Below, piece after piece: positions 36,401 through 44,452 of a DNA stretch of 64,000 nucleotides. Position numbers and translations under genes: made by a program. Source of the DNA: Phoronis australis (Eukaryota > Animalia > Phoronida); the NCBI GenBank assembly GCA_002633005.1, contig NMRA01000034.1:1235207-1299206 (forward strand), in the 5' to 3' direction. The first letter of the stretch is position 1; every line of letters begins with the position of its first letter. The notes under the pieces were generated by a model. That model made no database searches. It was not told the DNA's origin and worked only from the letters and a program-made list of their open reading frames with translations.

Positions 36401-37009
36401 ATAATCATGCCATATTGAAACTCACAAACCCACCAGATGGTGATCAGGTCTTTGGTGGACAAGTGTTCAGCACCACCTACACTACAGAGGTCAGAGCTCA
36501 TGTTATGTGCACAGGAGTTTGCAACACCTTTCCTGCCATTATAACACCGGCAAATTTCCACTACTGTGTGGTCGATGTACTAATGTATTTCAAAAAAGCA
36601 AGCCTTTTGAAATATCAATGCATGAACAAGGATATCATGTTCCATACATTTCGAAAAAGCGAAAAAAATACCTGCAGGCTGCATTCGCTGCAACAACGTC
36701 AGTGATGCGGATGCTAAATAAAGCGGGGGATTTTCGATCCCAGCCAAGAAAAATTAGAGAACTTTAAAATGGGAGGGGCTGAGAGTGAACTTTATTCCTC
36801 TGCTTTTAACTTAATGATTCACTCAGTAGTGTTTGAATTTACGTCCACCAAATCTGAGTCGGAATCAATCGGAAAATCGTGCTTTTGTCTCAACAGCGGC
36901 AACATGAAAAGTCTTCTTTTGCAGCTTTGGCTTTGCCTCTATACCTTTCTAGAAGTCGTTTTCGTCCTTGTGGCGCTTTATGGTCAGTTGTGCTACTTGG
37001 ATAAGACAT
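15391..37009 (-). CDS. SENP1: Sentrin/SUMO-specific protease, SENP1/2-like (Ulp1, peptidase C48), spliced, 694 aa
   Basis: 19 exons in transcript order: 37009-36945, 35319-35264, 34521-34331, 32886-32835, 31708-31576, 30878-30668, 29793-29681, 29232-29126, 28725-28588, 27310-27241, 24806-24732, 24478-24394, 22996-22873, 22510-22368, 19875-19773, 18612-18512, 17469-17311, 16352-16257, 15453-15391 (2085 nt, phases consistent). Catalytic motifs: [25 protein letters not shown] (His), YFDSMG (Asp), QMNGSDCG (Cys), [12 protein letters not shown]. The N-terminal half carries SENP1-like SLYEKTYP and [10 protein letters not shown]. The N-terminal exons are less certain than the catalytic ones. Confidence 0.9.
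16257..16352 (-). CDS. SENP1: SENP exon 18 (catalytic Cys)
   Basis: [32 protein letters not shown]. Confidence 0.94.
17311..17469 (-). CDS. SENP1: SENP exon 17 (catalytic Asp)
   Basis: [38 protein letters not shown]... Confidence 0.94.
17830..18447 (-). mobile_element. HINE-like element in SENP intron
   Basis: Reverse-oriented head (GCACCCACATAATGCGGGTACATAAA, 18421-18446) plus monomers with CCAAATTTCAT. Confidence 0.65.
18512..18612 (-). CDS. SENP1: SENP exon 16 (catalytic His)
   Basis: [33 protein letters not shown]. Confidence 0.94.
19773..19875 (-). CDS. SENP1: SENP exon 15
   Basis: [34 protein letters not shown]. Confidence 0.94.
21632..21674. repeat. (GC)n/(GCAC)n/(CA)n microsatellite
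   Basis: tatgcgcgcgcatgcacacacgcacgcacgcacgcacacacac. Confidence 0.85.
22368..22510 (-). CDS. SENP1: SENP exon 14
   Basis: [14 protein letters not shown]...[16 protein letters not shown]. Confidence 0.93.
22873..22996 (-). CDS. SENP1: SENP exon 13 (poly-Glu)
   Basis: [41 protein letters not shown]. Confidence 0.88.
23490..24309 (-). mobile_element. degenerate HINE-like element(s) in SENP intron
   Basis: CATGCCAAATTTCATGAA monomers, CACTAGGTGGCA at 23911, reversed head CATATTTGGGTGCATAAAA at 24291-24309. Confidence 0.6.
24210..24285 (-). mobile_element. Penelope-like pLTR fragment with minimal hammerhead core
   Basis: Minus strand CTGAGGA-G-GAT-(11 nt)-ATC-GAAAC-GTCTTCA; same family as 34706-35001. 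Confidence 0.55.
24394..24478 (-). CDS. SENP1: SENP exon 12
   Basis: [28 protein letters not shown]; donor gtgagt. Confidence 0.85.
24732..24806 (-). CDS. SENP1: SENP exon 11
   Basis: [25 protein letters not shown]; phase 2-2. Confidence 0.8.
25330..26794 (-). mobile_element. HINE-like element with ~150-bp tandem monomers
   Basis: Reverse-complement homologue of 41929-43080; CCACTAG-type motifs at ~25609, 25761, 25895, 26191, 26331; head at 26761-26794. Confidence 0.75.
27241..27310 (-). CDS. SENP1: SENP exon 10
   Basis: [22 protein letters not shown]; needed to restore phase. Confidence 0.75.
27480..28523 (-). mobile_element. HINE-like element with tandem monomers
   Basis: GCCACTAGGGGGTGCC at 27662; head GTGCACCCAC...GTGGGCACATAA at 28491-28522. 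Confidence 0.7.
28588..28725 (-). CDS. SENP1: SENP exon 9 (SIM-like motif)
   Basis: SESSRKLK...[24 protein letters not shown]. Confidence 0.82.
29126..29232 (-). CDS. SENP1: SENP exon 8
   Basis: [35 protein letters not shown]; phase 2-1. Confidence 0.78.
29681..29793 (-). CDS. SENP1: SENP exon 7
   Basis: [25 protein letters not shown]... Confidence 0.85.
30020..30330 (-). mobile_element. HINE-like monomer fragment
   Basis: GTAGTCGAATCCATCTGAAAA and GCCACTAGGGGCGCC (30167). Confidence 0.6.
30668..30878 (-). CDS. SENP1: SENP exon 6
   Basis: TKQGTPH...[17 protein letters not shown]...GTAVN. Confidence 0.8.
31576..31708 (-). CDS. SENP1: SENP exon 5
   Basis: [25 protein letters not shown]...RRRQDIRA. 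Confidence 0.78.
32835..32886 (-). CDS. SENP1: SENP exon 4
   Basis: [17 protein letters not shown]; tttcag/gtgagt. Confidence 0.75.
33050..33423 (-). mobile_element. Transib-like terminal fragment (copy 1)
   Basis: Ends in CACAGTG on the minus strand; 33050-33340 is homologous to 57838-58130. Confidence 0.5.
34331..34521 (-). CDS. SENP1: SENP exon 3
   Basis: [26 protein letters not shown]...PPEGYQRNQ. Confidence 0.75.
34706..35001. mobile_element. Penelope-like pLTR-derived inverted repeat with two hammerhead-like cores
   Basis: Arms ~34726-34830 and ~34852-34963 are reverse complements; each carries CTGAG(G/A)A...GAAAC. Confidence 0.7.
35264..35319 (-). CDS. SENP1: SENP exon 2
   Basis: [18 protein letters not shown]; contains KRPR. 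Confidence 0.75.
35672..36357 (-). mobile_element. dispersed repeat (copy 2 of 2251-2830) with internal minisatellite
   Basis: Colinear similarity to 2251-2820. Confidence 0.7.
36148..36316. repeat. 42-bp minisatellite x4
   Basis: TATAACTCAATGGGTATGTGTATATGTTTCATTAAATAATGA, four identical copies. Confidence 0.95.
36945..37009 (-). CDS. SENP1: SENP exon 1 (start codon)
   Basis: [22 protein letters not shown]; upstream in-frame stop; donor gtatag. Confidence 0.7.
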
Positions 37010-37160
37010 TGGGCACAAATTACAACATGACAAACGATCGCAAGTATAGCAAACACAGCTTTCACGAACCCAAAATCACAAAAACAGGTAACTCGAGAAT
37101 ACCCTACGCTCCAAATCGAGGCTCTTATGCAATGCGCCCTCTACCAGCCAATGTTTAAAA
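37010..37160 (-). promoter_or_regulatory. SENP 5' leader / proximal promoter
   Basis: CpG-enriched stretch directly upstream of the ATG; AGCCAAT box at 37146-37152. Confidence 0.4.
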
Positions 37161-37752
37161 GGATAGCGCTTATTTAGTCATTTGAGGCTTGGTGAGGAGA
37201 ATTTACACAGCAGAAAATCACTGGAATAGACGAGTGATATACAGTTATATCAACTCTGAAATTTGCCGTACTATAATACAAAAAATCCCAGAGAGCGGTA
37301 TTTATGCAGCAATTTAGGTTTAGATCATTGACAAAAAATGATGCATTACAACTCAAAAGCAGGACTGATGATAATTTCCTAGACGACGTACATGTAGGAA
37401 GCATCTGATGGGTGCCTTGGGGAGAGCCTGTTCAATTTTCAATTTTATTTTAAGACAAATTTTGTGTGTCGCAACTTTTAATACCGAGAATTTCCGAAAA
37501 CAGGCTCATGGGGGATATTCGGAAAACGAATTGTGAGTAAAATCCACGGTGCCCTCATGGGGATATTAGAAATGACTGTGACTCGAAATTCACGAAGACT
37601 TTATGGGTTGTGACTCATTTATCCAGCAACGAAACGGCCACGATCACCTGTAATTAACAATACTTTACATATAACATAACATAAACTATTGCGCTGACCG
37701 CAAAATGCAGAGGCCAGTACGTGGCAGTGGCGGACTCTAGTCATACGACGGA

Positions 37753-37988
37753 NNNNNNNNNNNNNNNNNNNNNNNNNNNNNNNNNNNNNNNNNNNNNNNN
37801 NNNNNNNNNNNNNNNNNNNNNNNNNNNNNNNNNNNNNNNNNNNNNNNNNNNNNNNNNNNNNNNNNNNNNNNNNNNNNNNNNNNNNNNNNNNNNNNNNNNN
37901 NNNNNNNNNNNNNNNNNNNNNNNNNNNNNNNNNNNNNNNNNNNNNNNNNNNNNNNNNNNNNNNNNNNNNNNNNNNNNNNNNNNNNNNN
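37753..37988. other. assembly gap (236 N)
   Basis: Run of N. Confidence 1.
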
Positions 37989-38238
37989 TACGATGGTGCT
38001 GGTAAGACCAGGAAAAGAAGTGGCTGAGTCGTGCACAGACTATCATCTGGTGGAGCAGCCAACAGCTTTTGCGACACATTACCACTGTCACTCTTTGGAG
38101 TTGGGTGTAACATTATGCTGTTGATATCCAATTAATGCGAGTAGGTAAAAATTGGCGAATTAAAAAAATATTTGCCAATTAAAACGCGAGCGTATTTTTG
38201 GAGAGTTCAAAGGCAACTAGAAGAAGACGGGGAAAGTG

Positions 38239-38294
38239 TATATTCGGAAGGGCTCTGCTAAAAGTTTATATTCGGAAGGGCTCGGCTAAAAGTT
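38239..38294. repeat. 28-bp tandem duplication
   Basis: TATATTCGGAAGGGCTC(T/G)GCTAAAAGTT x2. Confidence 0.85.
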
Positions 38295-38859
38295 TTCGCC
38301 TACACAATGGACAGTTGAAACCGTATGCTATAAACATGTTTTAAAAAATTACTCAGGTAAAGCGCTGTTGGAAATTTTGGAATTCTTATGATTATCACAA
38401 AGGTTTGATGTCGAGGTATGCTCTAGAGTTGGTTACGTCGGTTAGATAAACTTGTTTAATTTTGTACGTCCGAATCAGTAAGCTACCTCGGAACCTTTTC
38501 AAGTAGCCTACATCTACAAATTCGCAAAAAATCTCCAAACAAATCATTGTCAGCAGCTGATGGAACGCATACTTTGCAAGACTGACCACGCAAACACCCG
38601 AAATCTAACAAAAGTGAGAAACCGCCTTTGACGCCTTCTATGATACTACAGTCTGAAAGGCAAGTCAATACCTCAGTGAACCCGTACCGTTGGAAATGAC
38701 GAGCACTCGGTTCGTCAGTTCTCAGCCCTGACGGCGGTTTGGCCGAACCCGCAGAGTTTCAAGTACCGGTATCGCCACGGTACCACTACAGACTAGCTCA
38801 ATTGACCATCTCATTATTTCTGCTGTGCATGTAAGTCAGGTTCGACTAATTGAATTCTT

Positions 38860-39090
38860 CTTGGGACCCGTTCCAAGAAAACTAACTAATGTAAGACACT
38901 GCCAATTTTAAGATAAAACTTAAATTTACCTCAATCCGTTTCAAAAGAAAGATCTTAAGTTTTTGACTGAAGTTTTGCTTTAATTTTGACTAAGTTACAG
39001 GATGAGGAAGTTTCAAAGTTTGGAAGTTGAGACAAATCTTAGACTCAAGTCAAAATTGAATTTATTCAGTTTCTTGGAACGGGTCCCAAG
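38860..39090. mobile_element. MITE (~230 bp, 21-bp perfect inverted termini)
   Basis: CTTGGGACCCGTTCCAAGAAA ... TTTCTTGGAACGGGTCCCAAG. Confidence 0.8.
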
Positions 39091-39349
39091 TTTATTGCGA
39101 CTCATTCAATCGCTCCTCATAAAAGCAAGTTAAAAGTGTGGAGCTGGAATAGGAACTTGAAAACAACGGGAAAGATGTAAGCAGCACACATTAAGGATCG
39201 CGTTGACTCTTGGGTTTACTAGCCATTTATAATTATTTTTCAAGTGTAAATCACAATTTCACCCTTCATTTTGGAAAGTTTGAGAAATAAATATGTTTCA
39301 ATCAAGTCGATCAATTGCAAACAGCAAATTAAAGCACCAGGCAATATTA

Positions 39350-40589
39350 AAAAAGTGGTCATTGTGCCGGCGTGACGTTTAATTATTTGGTGTGTAATCT
39401 TAAACACTGAGCGTGTACCACGTTGCGCGTTTGTCCTGCATTGGCAAGCCTATTGATCCGCGAACATCGAGATGTGATATTGCGTTTCACGTCTATTACG
39501 ATTAAACGTAAGATTAAACCAGAGACTTTTATGCTTTTTTCACCTGTGAACGAAACTGGCCGCCCCCTCTACCCGGCGTGCTAACGGACTGCCCCTCCCC
39601 CACTCGAGGGCGCCACAGCATCTCACTACTCGAGACTCCCAAATTAATGTATTTTAGAACATTATTGGATCGATGAGGGAGAGTGATCTACAACCATAAA
39701 TTTTCACTGGGAATTCAATTTCAGAAGCCAAACATGTCAATATTTATTTCAGCCAGAATTTTATTGTAGTGAAGACATGTCGCTAATATGATAATTGCCC
39801 TGCACAACACAATAGGAGCCTACATCACTAAAAATTTTATCGATCGAGGCCGGGCCACCCGGCCCAACAGAGCCGGGGGCGACGGTTTCAAGTTCCCACC
39901 GGGTTTGAACTAAGCCGCCATTATCCAACTACATGTACAGCCCCGACGGTTACCTAAACATGCTACGTGAACAAGAAAAGAAGGCCGTATAGAGCGGAAC
40001 TTAGGTCAGCAAAAGTTTACTGCCTCTGATCTCCCTTCTAACCCTAAGTGCAGCTAGCCAATGGGCCCGGCCGGCTCATGTACTAGGACGTGAGGTGCCT
40101 ATAGCTGGGATTTCAGTATTTTGGGATCTAGCACGTCCCTGCCGTACGTCTGTGTTTTGAAGTGCATGCTATGTTTCATATTATCTTATTTTAATTTATA
40201 CATTCTATCAGGAGTCACCACGATTCGTCCGTTTGTGACTGTTGCGGATGATTACCTAGAACACTCAACTTAACTATACGCCCGGCAATCGACATTCGGT
40301 GTGACACGGCTGTTCACGGCCGCCACTAGAAACAACCAATTTGTGAGGAGGTTTTCAGTAACAAAACAACGCTGCAACACGTCGGTTTCGACCTGTAGGA
40401 TCCCTATTGAACAAAAAAATATCGGGTAATGCAAATCGTTTCGCCTACGCATTTGCGTAATTGCCCGCCGCCGGCGAAAGTAAAAAGTTTTAAGAAATTC
40501 CGCTAAGACGCAGCACCATCGCCATCAAAAGTTGACCCAGAGACCTTTTGGTTGACCTCATTTCACAAGTTGTTTTGGTCCTCGATTCG
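39350..40589 (+). promoter_or_regulatory. CpG-rich FAM185A promoter region and probable non-coding exon 1 (~40490-40589)
   Basis: High CpG density; AGCCAAT at ~40056; strong donor cg|gtgagt at 40590 could splice to the acceptor at 44201-44202. Confidence 0.5.
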
Positions 40590-41928
40590 GTGAGTGTTTC
40601 AGGGGAATGCATGCTTGTCAAGAACAATCGACAGGCCTTTAGTTCAAGCTACTTGAAACAATTTTATATTACTTGTTTTGTAGGGTAATTAGTATGCTAT
40701 TCCGAAAATATAATACTCTGTCTTATACGCTTACCAGGCAAAAAGCAAAAATAAGTCGTGACCTTGGGCTTGGGCTTGAGCGCAAGAAAACATGGCTGTC
40801 AGTGTCACGGTGCTAGAGTATAGAGACCCGTCTGTACTGGCCCCGGTGCCGGAGCGTTCGCGAGGGTAGGCGAGCTCGAGATGACCAACGAGCCATAAAA
40901 ATTTATCTCATTGGAGATCACTTCCGATAGCTAGTTCAATTAGAAATCCAAGATGACGTCCGACGCGTCATGCGATTACATTGGTACGTTGGTACGTGAC
41001 TAGTTGTAGGCCTACTGGTCGGATATTGCGGTCCCTGGTTTTGAGAACATTAGGCCTACGTGGTGAAATGAAATTTGTTCAAGCTGTCATGAAATTTGTT
41101 TTTTGTTTGTTTCATTGTTCGTTAGCTTCAGGTCACATTTTTTAGCTAATAAGGGTTTGATTTATGCAGAGTAATCATGACTAGCTCGAGCCTATTGTTT
41201 TTGGTTGAAATCAGATGCAAGATGGCCCTGCAGCCATGTTTCACTTTTTTGCTGTTTCTGATGGGATTTTACTGATTTTTTTTGTGGAAAGATCTTTTCA
41301 AGGGTTATAGGAAGTGTACAAATTTTTTCTCTTGGTCATACCATTCTCGAGTTATTTGAGATATTCTGCTGACTGCTCGATTGTTGATTGGATTTCCGTG
41401 CTGTATCTCTGGCTTCCCTTGACGAATCTGAAAACTGGCACATGGATAGATCTTCTTAACAGTTAACTGTTCTCAAGTTTTTGAGATTGGTGACTGTCTT
41501 AATTGACTAATTCCTCAGTGCACTTTTAAGTTTTCCATACTGACTTAAAGACATAAGTTTCACACCAAAACAACTGCTTTTCAAAACAGATAATAGCACT
41601 GTGTGAATATGTTGCAAAGGACAGTTCTTGTCCGCACAGCTTGGTTAATGAGAAAAGCCCAGCAGTAATGACCTTTTCCGACTTCAGCCGAGACAATTCT
41701 GAGAACAGGCATATGTGGTTACATAACCGTCTGTGGTGTCAGACCAGGAAGACAGCTATAAGTATTGCAATGGCTACAAGCAGCCAACCCTCCAAACTTT
41801 TGCTTGCTTCATTTGACAATTCCTTTCAACTCCATTTGTTGACATAATTAAATTGTTTTTCGCCAAGGAGATGTAAAGACCATTGTATCACAGATAATCA
41901 AACCTAATACAAAATATTGCAGTTTTCA

Positions 41929-43080
41929 TTTTTATGCGCCCACATATTTATATGTGGACGTATTATGCCGTCATCTCCGTCCGTCCGTCCGTCCGGGTGG
42001 CGTCCGTCCGGCGTCCGCTGCTTTATCTCCAAAACCCTTTGACATACGTTCATGAAATTTGGCACATATGTTCCATTCATAAATGGGACGGCATGTGCGA
42101 ACTTTCGGACGAATCCGACTACCGGTGTGCCCCCTAGTGGCAATTTTAGTTTTTTACGCTTACCTTTGTATCTTCAAAAGTCCTGAACGGATTTTCATGA
42201 AATTTGGTATGTAGGCACCTATTAGTGAGATGATGCTATTCTGCCGTTTTCAGATGGATTCGACATAGTTTGCGCCACCTAGTGGCCATTTTTAGTGTTT
42301 TCGAGTCTGTTTTTGTGCGTCCACCCCTCTATCAACCAAACCGCTCAAAGGATGATTGTGAAAATTGGCATGTATATGCTTACTATGTAGAGGACGGTTG
42401 ACGATGATTTTCCGACGATTTCGACCACTGTGGCGCCTCCTAGTGGCAGTTTTGTTTGTTTTGCGCCTATGGCTGTAACTCCTAAACCGTTCGCAGGATC
42501 TTTACGAAATTGTGGAAGTATATTTATATGATATTAACAATGAAAGATGACGACTTTCGGACGAATCCGACTACCGGTGTGCCCCCTAGTGGCAATTTTA
42601 TTTTTTTATGTTTACCTCTGTATCTTCACAAGTCCTTAACGGATTTTCATGAAATTTGGTATGTAGGCACCTATTAGTGCGATGACGCTATCCTCCCGTT
42701 TTCAGATGGATTCGACCTAGTTTGGGACACCCAGTGGCCATTTTTACTGTTATTGAGTCTGTTTTTTGGCGTCCACCCCTCTATCAACCAAACCGCTATA
42801 AGTATGATTGTGAAAATTGGCATGTATGTTCCTACTATGAAGAGGACAGTTGACGCTGAATTTCCCATGACTTTGATTACTGTGGTGCCTCCTAGTGGCA
42901 GTTTTTTTTTGCGCCCATGGCTGTATCTCCCAAACCGTTTGCAGGATCTTTACTAAATTTAGCAAGTGTATTTATGTGATGTTGACAACAGACGATGAGA
43001 ACTTTAGGATGATTCTGCCTACCGGTATGCCTCTAGTGGCAATTTTAGTATTTTACATTGACCTCTGTATTTTCATAGGT
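41929..43080 (+). mobile_element. HINE/DINE-1-like (non-autonomous Helentron-type) element, best-preserved copy, with trimeric higher-order repeat
   Basis: T-run + ATGCGCCCACAT...ATGTGGACGTAT hairpin, (GTCC)n microsatellite at 41977-42017, then ~452-bp units of three ~145-161-bp monomers, each with CTAGTGGC or a close variant. Confidence 0.85.
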
Positions 43081-44233
43081 CTTCAGGTGTATACTTTGTG
43101 TTACTTCGTGACTATGAAGGAAAAGTTCCAAGTAGAAATTTGTTTCTGGCATTCTAATGCTGTGCTAATCTCATATGTTGGTAAATTTGTTTTTAATTCT
43201 ATGTTTCTGTGGTGCTTTAAGCAACTGATGCATAGGATGTGCTTGTATTATGAAGATCACTCACATTTTGCACAGTGGTCAGGCATTCTTCTTCAAATAT
43301 TTACTCCAGTTTAAATCTAAAAATCCGTCTACAATTGAAAAAAGTGCTCTTGACACACAGTAATGGACAGTGTGGACTCAGTCTGGCTGACTCTGCAATG
43401 ATCAGGTCACTCCCAACTAATAACTGTAAAATGTTTATGGCAAAAATGAATTCAGCCAGGCCAACACCAAGGGAACGTAAATGTTAAGCCGAGCATGGGC
43501 ATTCAAAAAAAGAAATTTTAGAGAAATTGGTTTCAGTGTTATTCACTTCTGGTAAGCATGTTGGAACCACATGCAAGAATCGAATTAAACACAGTTGGAG
43601 ACTTTATATTTTCCACCTGTTCCCAAATTGTTACATTAAAAAATCTTAGCGTGTGCCGTGCAGCACTACATGTACCTCGTGGTTACTTCGATGACTCTGT
43701 ATCACCCACCATTTACTTCGAAGTCCGTTCACTGCCGAAGCCAGTATGAACAGTTTATAACTCAGACCACCTAGTTAAACAAATTGGTTCACAGCTATTT
43801 AGTTGTAGTTAATATGTATACACATGTGTTGATTGTTAATAAAGTTTGCTTATGAACCACATTTCTTTTTATTTCGTACCCCATAGTCTTCTATTATTCG
43901 TTTAAAACATGCTCCCACTTCCCCACAAAATTTTGAGAACAGAAAATTTTGAACTTTGGCTATCTTCGGAAATACGTCACATCGGGAAAAACATCGGGAA
44001 TTCCTGACCTGATCACTGCTGAGTCTGTCCATAGGTTTGTACTCTTGGCTGGGACTGTCTGGCACAAATGGAATCTTTGTGTTTGTTAGAATGGTTTATT
44101 ATGCAATTTTTGCCCATTAATCCTCTGAAATGTGACACATATTCACATGGTCTTGTGTGTTTATCGCAAAATCAATCACAACTGTATTGTGTTTTTTCTC
44201 AGGTTTGATCAGCAACGTTCCAAGAAATTCAAT

Positions 44234-44452
44234 ATGTCTTGTCTGGCATCAGTTCTCAAGCTCTGTTCACGAGGTTCTTCTCATCTACTGAAAACCACAA
44301 TGCGTCGCACCCTACCATCTTTCTGTGTTAGCCGCATGGGAATGACAACATTTGTTGCAGATAATTACAACCGTATGTACACATTACAGACGTGGGGACA
44401 TGATGTGCACCCCTATGGGAAACTGATTGTCAGTGTGCCTTTCAACATAAAG
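44234..44452 (+). CDS. FAM185A: FAM185A coding exon 1
   Basis: MSCLASVLKLCSRGSS...VHPYGKLIVSVPFNIK; acceptor at 44201-44202 upstream in the 5'UTR. Confidence 0.85.

Noticed and set aside
36121-36561. ORFs with repeated peptides ([14 protein letters not shown] / [14 protein letters not shown])
   Set aside because: Simple read-through of the 42-bp minisatellite.
37619-38131. Long ORFs in the track spanning this region
   Set aside because: Artefacts of the 236-N gap.
41929-43080. CRISPR-like repeat-spacer array of CTAGTGGC motifs
   Set aside because: The intervening sequences are homologous to each other (trimeric higher-order repeat), not unique spacers.
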